Positions 1 to 9,762 are shown, numbered from the stretch's first letter. The stretch is DNA of 24,000 nt from Methanomassiliicoccaceae archaeon (GCA_963728405.1 CAVSJV010000002.1:236285-260284); one strand, 5' to 3'. Notes: generated by a model not told the origin, from the sequence alone. Program-made: numbers and translations.

Positions 1-345
1 AAGGGAATCATAGAGCCCCAGCTCGATGTTCACTTCTTCCTGTTTCGGCGCAGCATACTTCACAATGCGGTCGGTGTTCAAGGCCCAGTAGAATACCCGC
101 CAGGTCCTTCCAGAGGGCAAAATGGCCTCTTCCCAATGGGTTGACAATATCTGCACATCCTGGAGGAAGTAGAACATCCTACGATCATCCTGGTCCAAAG
201 CATTGTCAATTATCTCGTTCTCAAAACCGAAATAGTTCAGCACACGGAATGAGATGTCAGCAGCGACATCTTCAGTTACCTCCAACTTGTGCTTGATCGC
301 GCGGTCTAATATCTCGTAAGTAATAATCGGTCTAATACGGCTCAT
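1..345 (-). CDS. conserved hypothetical protein, 5' part, runs off window edge (MSRIRPIITYEILDRAIKHKLEVTEDVAADISFRVLNYFGFENEIIDNALDQDDRRMFYFLQDVQIL...)
   Basis: Minus-strand reading from ATG at 343-345 stays open for 115 codons to the window edge. Not in the ORF track because no stop lies in the window. Composition is protein-like. Confidence 0.75.
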   Translation of the reverse strand, partial: MSRIRPIITYEILDRAIKHKLEVTEDVAADISFRVLNYFGFENEIIDNALDQDDRRMFYFLQDVQILSTHWEEAILPSGRTWRVFYWALNTDRIVKYAAPKQEEVNIELGLYDSL

Positions 346-464
346 CTATGTTCCCGATTAATATCTGTTTGCACTACTATATGAAGATAGGTATGTGACC
401 CTTCCGAAAGCGCGTCCTATCTCCGTATCTGGCCAGGCGGCGGAAGGGTGTCGAAGGTAAGTTC

Positions 465-1518
465 TCAGATGACGATGTTCCCGTCCTTCAAGATCTGTTT
501 CTCGTCAACCCAGATGGAAGGATTCTTTACCAGGCAATCCTGATGGATGAGGGCTGGGCCGTCGTTATCATAGTTGAACCCGATGGCAAAATGGCAGGTC
601 TTTCCTACTTTCTCATCCTCCAGCATATTGTTGACCATCTTGGCCTTATAGTTAAGGCCGATCCCGAGCTCTCCAATATTGCGAGCGTTGCGCTCCTCAT
701 CCTTTAAACCGTTGTCCCTAGCTCTCTTTTCGCCGCTCTTGATCACGTTCAACAAAGCATCGGCATCAGGGCTGTCAGTGATATCGGAGATGTAGCCGTC
801 CTTGAACTTCACATGGACCGGTTCGCGGGGCTGGACGCAGCTGGGAATGAGGTCCAGAGTGCCGTCGTAGACTATGGTTCCCTTGGTCGAGCCGACCACC
901 GGGGAGATATATACCTCGCCGCAGGGCACATTCCCGCCGGTCCCAGGAGCGCGGAAATCGCCATCATCGGAATGGGCCCGCCGCCCTTCGATGGAAATGG
1001 TAACATCAGTACCAGCCGGGGCGGTGACCCGTACCTCTTTTCCGACGTCAAGGATACTCTTCAGTTTGGCAGCATTGGCCCTCATCTCGGCATAGTCGAT
1101 AACCACGCAGCGCTCGAAAGTATCCCTTGTAAGCGACGGTGACCAGAACGATCGCAGCTTCCTTTCCCCCATCAGATAATACTGGATATGATCGTATTTC
1201 TTTCCATCATGACCAATATAGCCGTTCTTCTGTCCGAATGGGTCCTTGCCGGTCTTGTAGAAAGGAACGGAGATGAAGATGTCAGGGTTCTCTCGGATGG
1301 CCGCTAGAACGGTGTGCTCGGCGAACTGGAGGATGGTCTTCGGTTCCTGGATGAGCATCACCGGTTTACCGCCCAGGGCTTTGGTCTGATCGAAAAGTGC
1401 CTTGGAGATATCGAAGGCATCGCCCTCGAAATTGGTCGCTATCACCACTTCCTCGCCGGGCCTTAACCCCAGCACGCTCCCTCATGGCCACCAAGGCCGC
1501 CTCTTCAAGCTTGGACAT
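465..1518 (-). CDS. M29-type (thermophilic/leucyl) aminopeptidase family protein, apparent 1-nt frameshift near 1461
   Basis: 336-aa ORF at 465..1475 starting 'LGLRPGEEVVIATNFEGDAFDIS'. Upstream in another frame, from ATG at 1516-1518, reads MSKLEEAALVAMRERAGVK. Removing one C of the GGGCC run at 1458-1462 joins them as ...RERAGVKPGEEVVIATNFEG... Confidence 0.8.
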
Positions 1519-1678
1519 GATAAGCCCCTAAAACCTATGGTCTGGCACCGGCATAAGGCTATAATAGGCTTGCGTAAAAATCGTAAGTGAGATGCCTAGA
1601 ACAACGATGTGATTCTAATGGGGCGTATATGATCACGAAGTGAAAAAGAGGGAAGTAGTTTAGAGATAGAAGTTCTGC

Positions 1679-1855
1679 TTAGAACCTTCTCTCGCTGCGT
1701 GCCGGCTTGTGCTTCTGGTAGCATTCCCTGCAGTAGACCGGCCTTCCCTCAGTCGGCTTGAATGGTACCTGGGTCTCGGCTCCACAGTCGGAGCACTTGG
1801 CATTATGCATCTCACGGGGCTCATCGCGTCTATATCCGCCTCTTCTGTCATTCAT
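1679..1855 (-). CDS. small CxxC-x17-CxxC zinc-ribbon protein, 58 aa
   Basis: Translated by hand: MNDRRGGYRRDEPREMHNAKCSDCGAETQVPFKPTEGRPVYCRECYQKHKPARSERRF*. Paired CxxC motifs. Absent from the ORF track because it is under 60 aa. Confidence 0.88.
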   Translation of the reverse strand: MNDRRGGYRRDEPREMHNAKCSDCGAETQVPFKPTEGRPVYCRECYQKHKPARSERRF

Positions 1856-2230
1856 ACAGATTACCTATTCTATGTTCCACAAACCTTACGGCTTGTGTAT
1901 GCCACTCCAATTCATTTTCGGGTATAAAATATCACCTATCGGACCAATAATAAATGGAAATTATCGTACAATTAAAGGCCGTTCCTGTCGTTTTCAAACC
2001 TATATGTGACCACATCCTTTGTCAGGATATTTGCGTATAATTGCTCACGATCTTCGCCAGAGAGAAAAGATACAGAGTCATTGGAATGGACCTCTCCACC
2101 CGTGCACCCTTGTGTCTCACCACGGTGCGCTCGGCACGTCAAAAAATGAGGATTGAACTTAACATTCTGTCGGGTAAGCAGATGGCATATGGCCAAGGTT
2201 TATATGCCATTTTAAGCATCCATCCTCCCC

Positions 2231-2470
2231 ATGAACAAGAACGTCCTGACCGTCATCGTTGTCATACTTACACCCATCATTATCCTCGGGATCCTGGCAG
2301 TGGCCGGGGCTGAGAACTTCGAGAAGGCCAAGGAAGCCGCCGGGGACGAGCACAGTGGGGAGAACACAACCGAGACCGCAGCTATGCTAGTCCCAATTCA
2401 GACCATCAAGCTCATCAACGCTCAGACCAATGACCTGTTTGGCTCCATTTGGATGCGGGCCCTGGTCTGA
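2231..2470 (+). CDS. small membrane-anchored hypothetical protein
   Basis: 79-aa ORF with one strong N-terminal hydrophobic segment (VLTVIVVILTPIIILGILAVAG) followed by a polar Glu/Lys-rich tail. Confidence 0.5.
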   Translation: MNKNVLTVIVVILTPIIILGILAVAGAENFEKAKEAAGDEHSGENTTETAAMLVPIQTIKLINAQTNDLFGSIWMRALV

Positions 2471-2562
2471 AACTCTTTATCATTTTCATTCATCTTTATA
2501 AGGAAAGGTCGGAGGACTGTCGATCACGACGCCAACAATATTGGAAAAAAGTTTGGTCGTGA

Positions 2563-2799
2563 TCAGGCTTTAGGCCGCGAGGCTTTGGGCTCGCTGGTCA
2601 TGACAATTCTGACCCTCTTGCCCGGCGGCACATCGATGACGACCTCCTCCTTCATGCTCCGATCTGATACTTCTTTCTCCTTTCGGACGTTCTTGTTCAT
2701 CTTGAGCATCTTCTCGCTCGGCTCGTCGAGTAGGACAATGTTAAGCCTTCTCGCCTCTTCCGATGCCGCCAATATTAGTTCTCCCAAGTTAATCACCAA
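2563..2799 (-). CDS. hypothetical protein, 78 aa
   Basis: Charged, protein-like ORF; no recognised family. Confidence 0.35.
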   Translation of the reverse strand: MVINLGELILAASEEARRLNIVLLDEPSEKMLKMNKNVRKEKEVSDRSMKEEVVIDVPPGKRVRIVMTSEPKASRPKA

Positions 2800-3385
2800 C
2801 TAGATCTACGGACAGGACGCCTGACAATTCTATGTCGGCTTTTCCTAGATCGAACTTGTCCCCCGCCGCCGTAGGTTCGGAGGTACTATCGCAATGCACC
2901 CTAACGCGCTCCTAACCAAATTGTTTTCTATGCTCCGCTCGATTCCGGGTTGCTTCGTTTTTCGGTTACAGACCTCTAGTTTTGGCCCATTTCATTGTGC
3001 ATAAGATGGGGTATCGAAGAATATGTCCGCTTCTGAAATATATTTAACTTTTTGCGAATGGACGATCCATTCGATAGTGAGATTAGTGTTCAAGGGCGCG
3101 TTTGCGGCCTAAAAGAGGCTCATCTTGGCTTCGGAACATCCGATGATACTGTCGACATATCGAGACCGCTCATCTAACGGCCAATAAGACAGCACCAATG
3201 CAGCGACGGGTTGTACAATTTACAAAGGCCACGGAGCCTTAGTATCCAGTTGTCGGTATCATCGAGACCAACATTGCCAGGAAAACTGCGTCCTCGAGCC
3301 CTTCCTGAAGAGATGAAATCAGAGACAGATATATCGGCAGTAGAAATCTCAAATAATTTAACAGAGTTCAGAGTTATGTGCCCAC

Positions 3386-4123
3386 ATGGCCATGGGACAG
3401 GTGGGCAGCTGGGAGGGTCTGAGATCGAGAGTGCAAGCTCCCTGCCCAGGTTGCCCCAGGAACTCGTCTAAGGTGCCTTTGATTTTCAGCCGTCGAGGTC
3501 CATCGACCCTAGTAGATTTCATCGTGGTCTCTCAAGAACCTGGATATTGGCTTAGGGACCTGACCACCAGCGATGCCGCCGAGCAAAAACTGCAGAAGTT
3601 ATGCACGGAGCAGAAACCGATCGATGATCTGAAGAAGGCTAACCCCCTAACGAAGGTGGTCCAGATATTCGGCAGTTTCGATCCCACGGGAAGCAGAACA
3701 TACTGGACGCACGCCCTGAAATGTATTCCGGAAAAGAGCGATCGTGACATCAACAAGGAATGGAGGAAGGCGGCCACTCGGTGCGAGGAACACTTCCTGG
3801 ACGAGTTGAGATCTTTGGGTAAGGGGGAACTGAATGTCTTAGCTTTCGGCAAGTTTCCCCTCGAGATGTGTCTTCACATCTTTGAAGGCCAGGACATTGA
3901 CCAGGACCTCAGTATAAGTGAGTTCATGCAATCCTCAAAATTACCGATCACCTACAAGTACAAGTTTAGGGACGGGACGACCAAATTTGTAAATCTCTTC
4001 GTGTTCACCAATCCGTCCAGTGAGGTGGTGAAGATCATGAAGAGCGGGGGGAAGTTAACGGTAGAAGAGATCCAAGAGCTGGAGATCAAACGCATTAAGG
4101 AGATCTTCGATAAGCGAAAGTGA
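3386..4123 (+). CDS. divergent uracil-DNA glycosylase superfamily-like protein; start uncertain
   Basis: Motif-like segments CPGCPRN...VDFIVVSQEPGYWL, VVQIFGSFDP, TYWTHALKCIPEK...RKAATRCEEHFLDELRSL and LNVLAFGKFPLEMC resemble the four-cysteine Fe-S UDG-like fold. Confidence 0.6.
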   Translation: MAMGQVGSWEGLRSRVQAPCPGCPRNSSKVPLIFSRRGPSTLVDFIVVSQEPGYWLRDLTTSDAAEQKLQKLCTEQKPIDDLKKANPLTKVVQIFGSFDPTGSRTYWTHALKCIPEKSDRDINKEWRKAATRCEEHFLDELRSLGKGELNVLAFGKFPLEMCLHIFEGQDIDQDLSISEFMQSSKLPITYKYKFRDGTTKFVNLFVFTNPSSEVVKIMKSGGKLTVEEIQELEIKRIKEIFDKRK

Positions 4124-4863
4124 GGTCGGTATGCAGCCGTTGCGAAACAGGGTGGTTTGCGGCTCCGAGGTTCTGATCCAGAAAGAACTGATCGGATTTC
4201 CCCGAGAGGTCCTACCGACGACCATTAGCGGTATGGGGGATATCTGATGTTACCACCACAAGATATGGCATCAATATCAAATTCACATCAGGTGATGACG
4301 CAATGAACTGCACGGCCCACTGCAATCATGCCTCTACGTTGGGCATGAGCGGCATGGGTACAGATTTTGACAAAGGTGTCAGGATTGGGATGAAAACGAT
4401 GTCGACACCCTATGGTATCAAGCAGGTTGAGCATTGACGGGTCACTAATGCCATAGGTGGCATCACCACAGTAATAGGTCCCTACATCGGGGCGAAGAGC
4501 CCGGCGTTGTACAAGATGGTCACGACTACGGCCGGTGTGGTGGATCTAATCTGCGCTGGCATCTCGACCATGGTTCTGAGTGATACGAACTCGCTGATGC
4601 AAAAACGGCAATACCTGAGCTCCAAAACTCTATTGTCCCTTTCCTACCGAATAGTGATACCATTATGCAGTATAGGGCTGAATAAGGGCCGAATCCGTAG
4701 CAGGGATCGATAGTTCAAGCAATGGGATCGGGCCGCAACGGCATCAATGAATGTGATTCGGCCTGGTCATCTCTGTCCGAATTACTTTCTGCTCTCCTTT
4801 CGGCCGTCAACAATTGTCCATTGTTGTGATATTTTATTAATGAGCCGATGCAACAATATTGAT

Positions 4864-5892
4864 ATGACCTCCAAAGGGCGGTTCCTAGCGGCACTGGAAC
4901 TTGAGATGCCTGATAGAGTTCCGACCATGCACATCCAGTTGGGTGGGGCCAATCATCTCCAGGACAGCACCGGAATGGCGATCCGCGAGGCATATTACGA
5001 CGCAAATAAATTCGCTCGTTTATGTTTAGCGTCAATGGAATTTGGTTTTGACAATGTCATGGTCGCCTGGGGGGACCTCCTCAACGAAGCGCAGGCCTTC
5101 GGGGTCGAGCTCACTTTTCCTAACGAGAAGGATTATCCGCGGGGGACGCCGATCTCCCCCGACAAGATCGAGGGGCTCGAGGTCATCGACCCTATGGGCG
5201 ATGACGTATGGGCCACATCATTGAGAGCAGCTAAGATCGTCAATGATAAGGTGGGGAACGAAATGGCGGTGATCGGGCAGGTCAGCGACCCCTTTACCTT
5301 GGCCGCCGCGATCCGAGGGTTCGATGGCCTGCTTATGGACGAGATCATGGAACCTGACCGTACTCATCATCTACTCAGCGTGGTCACCGATTCACTGAAA
5401 GAATACGGTAGGCTGCTCAAGGAATATGCTGGGGTTGAGATCATCTTCATAGAAGATGGAAGCGCCGACGCAGAGCAGAACATGTTCGACCTGGCCAAGG
5501 CGTTCGACATTGATTATACCAAGCAAATGGCTGAGCTCTATCATCCCATGGGGCTGCGCTCGATCCTGAGCAATTGTGCCAAAGAGCCCTATCTGGATGC
5601 TCAGTTTGAAGCTGTCAAGCCAACCGCGGTCCACACATCGGTCGAATGGAGCGGATATGGTGATGAATTAAGTAAGCTGAGGGGCCGAGCATGCATTGCA
5701 GCTGGCCTATTGCCTCATTTCATAGCTCGTTCCGATCCCGGAATGATACGCCAAAAAGTAAGCGAGGTGGTCCGTTCGTCGGGAGATGGCAGCGGGCTCA
5801 TCATCACATCGGCTGGGGAAATACCCTTCGACGCTCCCCTCAGCAACATCAAGGCGTTGAGCGGTTCAACCGCACTGATCACGCTCCCCTGA
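4864..5892 (+). CDS. uroporphyrinogen decarboxylase-family protein (MtaA/MtbA-like methylcobamide:CoM methyltransferase group)
   Basis: MTSKGRFLAALELEMPDRVPTMHIQ... start typical of the UroD/MtaA family; ATG at 4864 in frame with the 381-aa ORF (4747..5892), whose extra N-terminus looks non-native. Confidence 0.75.
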   Translation: MTSKGRFLAALELEMPDRVPTMHIQLGGANHLQDSTGMAIREAYYDANKFARLCLASMEFGFDNVMVAWGDLLNEAQAFGVELTFPNEKDYPRGTPISPDKIEGLEVIDPMGDDVWATSLRAAKIVNDKVGNEMAVIGQVSDPFTLAAAIRGFDGLLMDEIMEPDRTHHLLSVVTDSLKEYGRLLKEYAGVEIIFIEDGSADAEQNMFDLAKAFDIDYTKQMAELYHPMGLRSILSNCAKEPYLDAQFEAVKPTAVHTSVEWSGYGDELSKLRGRACIAAGLLPHFIARSDPGMIRQKVSEVVRSSGDGSGLIITSAGEIPFDAPLSNIKALSGSTALITLP

Positions 5893-6063
5893 TGGAAATG
5901 TAGTAAGTGGGAAATATTGAACGCAGAGGCCGGGAGAGACCAGACCTTGGCAGTCCGGTTCTAAGATATTTGGGCGTGGCCTAATATATTCTTCCTGCGA
6001 CGCGCTCTGTACGATACTAGTGAAGTTGGAGTGCATCGGACCAATGGTCCCTGGGCCGATGGC

Positions 6064-6507
6064 TCACATCAGGCCTAGCTGTCTCATCATTCCCACAAGG
6101 TCATAGAACAGTTTCTCCTCCGTGATTTCTCCGTTCCTCCAGTGGGCCACGGTACAGAATTCAATTTTGAACTTCTTGTTCGTTGGTGGGATCATTTTCC
6201 GTCAGACCCCTTCAGCGACCCCTTCATGGTACCAGTGAACTCGGCAACGGAACAAGTGTGGTCGCCCTGGGCGAAAAATATCTTGTAGGGGGTCGTTCAC
6301 GATGCGATTGTCCGGAAAGGTGTGGAAAAATTCTTTCGCCCCAGCCTCATGATTCTGGCGCATCCGGGTCGGCTCCGATTGTCCCGGCCACTATGCGGAG
6401 ACATCATTAGCATGGCGTTCGTTGAAAGTTGGTCAGTCCTGAGCGTTCTAAGCATCGTCCAGCGTCTTCATCAGTCGCATGTTCTCCTCCACGTTTACCT
6501 GCGTCAT
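6064..6507 (-). pseudogene. decayed SnoaL-like / ester cyclase gene
   Basis: Hand translation: MTQVNVEENMRLMKTLDDA*NAQD*PTFNERHANDVSA*WPGQSEPTRMRQNHEAGAKEFFHTFPDNRIVNDP[fs]YKIFFAQGDHTCSVAEFTGTMKGSLKGSDG[fs]KMIPPTNKKFKIEFCTVAHWRNGEITEEKLFYDLVGMMRQLGLM*. Three in-frame stops (TAG, TGA, TAG) and two frameshifts. Confidence 0.8.
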
Positions 6508-6747
6508 AATGGAAAAAGTGAAACGCGTAGTATTTAGCCTATACACGAAAACCTGGCGGCACTCGCCTCCAGTCACACCATGTGGAAAATGCAAGGTGCA
6601 TGGCGCGGTCGGAACGCACGGACCACCAACGGGGGAGGGCTCAGTGAGCTATCATATCGGGATCGAGGACTCGTTGGAGCATAATTAGCACTGATCTTGA
6701 ATGAAATAAAAAAATAAGAGCGATCTCATCAATCAATGATGCCGGAG

Positions 6748-7086
6748 CTAACGCATTCCTCCTCTTTCAGGTGAGGTGATCTGCTCTATATTCTTCTGTC
6801 GAGAATCAGTGTCGGCGGGGGTTTTATGAAGCGCCCTGTCGCGGTGTTCAAGAGCTTCAAGATCAATGTTTCCCCCGCTGGGAGGTTCGATTCGGACACT
6901 TTCCTCGTCCACGGTGCTTATCATGCCCCCCTGTCGAGGTGCCTTCACAGGATCAAAGCTTTTGCGTGCCTCATCGACATCCGGTGCGGTGCGGCTGAGT
7001 GTTTTGTCCCTGAGTCGTAGCTCTTCATCAGCAAACTTGTTGACATTTGCCGTTTTCTTTTGTCCCTCGTCCATCTTTGTTTTCAC
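6748..7086 (-). CDS. small polar protein with internal ~38-aa duplication
   Basis: 112-aa ORF. FADEELRLRDKTLSRTAPDVDEARKSFDPVKAPRQGGM aligns with NIDLEALEHRDRALHKTPADTDSRQKNIEQITSPERGGM. Confidence 0.6.
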   Translation of the reverse strand: MKTKMDEGQKKTANVNKFADEELRLRDKTLSRTAPDVDEARKSFDPVKAPRQGGMISTVDEESVRIEPPSGGNIDLEALEHRDRALHKTPADTDSRQKNIEQITSPERGGMR

Positions 7087-7260
7087 CCCTGTTACCTAAT
7101 ATTGACGTCAGAGTTCCATATACTTATAAACGTGTGTAAGAAAAACAATGCTGGGCATAGTCTATTACACGTTCCAAAAATGGAGCCATGTCTCCGTTGT
7201 AACATCCAAACTTCTGAAAAAGACAGCGCTAGGGCCCGAAAGATTTGCCAAAGCCTGATA

Positions 7261-7342
7261 TGGCACAGGGGGAGGATCTTGAACCTAGGACCACTAAAGG
7301 TGGGATCCCCATGTCCTCGAAAGAGGAAATGGCCACCCATCG
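7261..7342 (-). repeat. tRNA-Leu-3'-half-like element, copy A
   Basis: Reverse complement GATGGGTGGCCATTTCCTCTTTCGAGGACATGGGGATCCCACCTTTAGTGGTCCTAGGTTCAAGATCCTCCCCCTGTGCCA; the 3' part matches tRNA-Leu at 9763..9849 imperfectly and the 5' part is a hairpin. Confidence 0.6.
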
Positions 7343-7905
7343 TACTCCTCTCCGGAGCCTTACGGCGGTCATCTCAAGTATTTGACGGACTCTCGGGCGG
7401 TGGTCCCCCCCTCGCTTGAGAGAGCATGGCCAGGAGAAACATGCTCCTTTACCTGCACCTTGCTTACTTCAATGCTCAGGGGGTCATTTGCTCGAGCGAC
7501 GATTCTCTGCGGCCAAGCTGAGGGCCAACACTATCCCGATGAAGATCAAGAGAAGATAGATGGGCGAATCATAAAGATAGAACAAGAACCCGCCGACTAT
7601 CATTACTACTGAAAGAATGGTCAGACTAATCGTCCTGACCACGGAGGGATTCACCACGGTCTTAAAAATTGAGCTATTGGAGTATATTTCATTCGCTCAC
7701 CTTTATGTATACCAAAACACGAATTTGTCTCTCAAAGTAGTGATTGCCCTATGGGTGAGGGACTGCGAAAATACGCTCACACAAGACTTAGGTCGAAAAA
7801 TAATACTAAATGTTTATGGGGTCGATCTGAGCAGGTGGATCGGTAAATCACTCGGAGGCTCAGTTTCCAGGTGGTTCTTCGATCATCTGTCGCAGTGTCA
7901 TCATC

Positions 7906-8223
7906 TCAAGCGAAGATCACTGCCATTACTGGACCATGGACTTCCTGGTTCATCAGTTGAGGCGGTTCGGTCGCAATGGACTGAAGCTTCTTGGAGACCT
8001 TCTGATAGATACCTTTCTGAGAAGCATTCATTGTATTTTCCGAGTCCCACAAGGCAATGAATGTCGCAGTGTTCGGGTCGTCCATGGACTGGAGAGTGAG
8101 CATTCCTCTGAAGCCCTCCGTCTTCCTAATCTCTTCCATGAAGCCCTCTACGGTCTCAACCGCTTCTGCTCTTTTCCCGGGCTTGAACTTCCATATGGTC
8201 ATCCTTGCGTGTACCATGGCCAT
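7906..8223 (-). CDS. ABM (antibiotic biosynthesis monooxygenase)-like dimeric alpha/beta-barrel protein
   Basis: MAMVHARMTIWKFKPGKRAEAVETVEGFMEEIRKTEGFRGMLTLQSMDDPNTATFIALWDSENTMNA... is typical of the ABM fold. Confidence 0.75.
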   Translation of the reverse strand: MAMVHARMTIWKFKPGKRAEAVETVEGFMEEIRKTEGFRGMLTLQSMDDPNTATFIALWDSENTMNASQKGIYQKVSKKLQSIATEPPQLMNQEVHGPVMAVIFA

Positions 8224-8405
8224 CTCCAGTTGAAAAGATGTAGAATCGATGGATTAAATATCTTTCCTGATGTGACGGCGCCATCGATCCATCGCCTTAA
8301 TGGCAAACCGGAGAAGGAAGCGCATCAAAGATAAGAATGATCGATGAGCATCCTCGAATGGAAGTGTCCAGAAAGCTCTGCGGTGTACTAATTTAAAGAA
8401 CTAGT

Positions 8406-8480
8406 TGGCGCAGGGGAAGGGATTTGGACCACCAAGAATGGGATCCCATATTCTCAAAAGAGATATCTGGCCCCATCATC
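8406..8480 (-). repeat. tRNA-Leu-3'-half-like element, copy B
   Basis: Reverse complement GATGATGGGGCCAGATATCTCTTTTGAGAATATGGGATCCCATTCTTGGTGGTCCAAATCCCTTCCCCTGCGCCA; same architecture as copy A. Confidence 0.6.
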
Positions 8481-8567
8481 TGTCTCTTCCGCCGCTCTTT
8501 CGCTGAGCTCAATCGTTTAACGCCGTTCTTGGTCCGGTGAACGCTCCATCCCCTGCCTGCTTCTAAC

Positions 8568-9635
8568 CTACTTGTACCGCAGTATGCCTCCCACCTTAAT
8601 CGTCGACACGAACATCCCCCCCAGTTCACTCTCGTCGTTGACGACCAAGACCTCGGTGCGGTAGCTCTCGGCCGTCTCCGAGATTTCCTCGATGTCCTTC
8701 AGCTCTAGTGCGTCGCTGACGATAACCACGTCTACCTGACCCCGTCTCAACAGTTCCGCAGTCTTTTCGAGACCCCATACTGCCAGGCCGTCCCTTCCTA
8801 GCTCGGCCCAGAACCGGTCCAGCACCTCTTTCTCGTGGTGGTACTCACAATTCGCCAGCAAGCCTTTTGCCGCATTCATTGCCTCTCGAAGTCCGTTCTC
8901 ATCGGTATAACCGACGTCGACAACCCCGATCACCTTTTTGCGTAGCTCGTGATGAAGGTAATTACCAGCCATGAAGTCATCCTTGGTCATGGCCGGGCCG
9001 CCGACGATGATACCCCTCAGACCCTGATCCAGAAAGGCCTCGGTGCACCGGTCCGATATTCTCTTGAAATACGCGTTAATGGCGTCGTCCCTTAGCCGCT
9101 CGAACCTTAGGCTAGACATGCCTCCGTGGTGGTGCTTGTTGGGAACCCGCGACTCGATTTGGGTATACGCCTTGATGACGGTTCCGGTGACGTAACCGAG
9201 GGTGGCCTCGGCCAGGTCTAGGACCAGGATGCCGTAAGTATCACGGGTTTCGGTCATCAGATAGAGTGGATCGAGGAAAAACTCGCTGTCGCACCTGTAG
9301 ACGAAATCGGAGAGCGGCATAGGCGGCTCTATCACCTGGCGGTGGAGGCGGTCATCGACCTCGCCGAACAGTAGCACTAGGCCGTTGCCCGGAGCGATCT
9401 TACCCAGGCTAGTCAACTGGGATAGGAGCGATGAGATAGCTGTCTGAATGTTCTTGCCAAGGAGCTGGGACTCGCTCCCCTTGGCCTCCGAGTAGTGGTC
9501 CTGGAGATAGACACGGACATCGCTGATGGGCTTGCCGGGCGGGATGTACAACGAGATCAGTTGGGCTCTGTCCGCCTTGATGCTCCGGGCATGGTCCAAT
9601 CGCTTCTTGAACAAGGGTGCGTTCATCCAATACAC
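8568..9635 (-). CDS. divergent archaeal peptide chain release factor aRF1 paralogue lacking GGQ and NIKS motifs
   Basis: 355 aa. Retains ISLYIPPGKPISDV, FVYRCDSEFFLDPL (YxCxxxF), RFERLRDDAINAYFKR and C-terminal GGILRYK, but has GGM (codons 9117..9125) for GGQ and GSES where NIKS is expected. Confidence 0.85.
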   Translation of the reverse strand: MYWMNAPLFKKRLDHARSIKADRAQLISLYIPPGKPISDVRVYLQDHYSEAKGSESQLLGKNIQTAISSLLSQLTSLGKIAPGNGLVLLFGEVDDRLHRQVIEPPMPLSDFVYRCDSEFFLDPLYLMTETRDTYGILVLDLAEATLGYVTGTVIKAYTQIESRVPNKHHHGGMSSLRFERLRDDAINAYFKRISDRCTEAFLDQGLRGIIVGGPAMTKDDFMAGNYLHHELRKKVIGVVDVGYTDENGLREAMNAAKGLLANCEYHHEKEVLDRFWAELGRDGLAVWGLEKTAELLRRGQVDVVIVSDALELKDIEEISETAESYRTEVLVVNDESELGGMFVSTIKVGGILRYK

Positions 9636-9762
9636 CTACAATCGATCAATGGGCATTGAATATGAAACAGTTAACAATATACTCAAGCGTTATTGTTATG
9701 CCCCCTAAGCTGGCAATACGCCTCTGATAAAGAAATAATCCGTAACGAATGGATACGCATGA

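Noticed and set aside
6064-6507. In-frame TAG codons read as pyrrolysine
   Set aside because: The same frame also has a TGA and two frameshifts, and the affected positions fit Trp/aromatic residues, so decay is simpler.
7382-8334. Plus-strand ORFs 7382..7612, 7617..8060 and 7936..8334
   Set aside because: Low-quality composition and partly antisense to the ABM-domain gene; no recognisable family.
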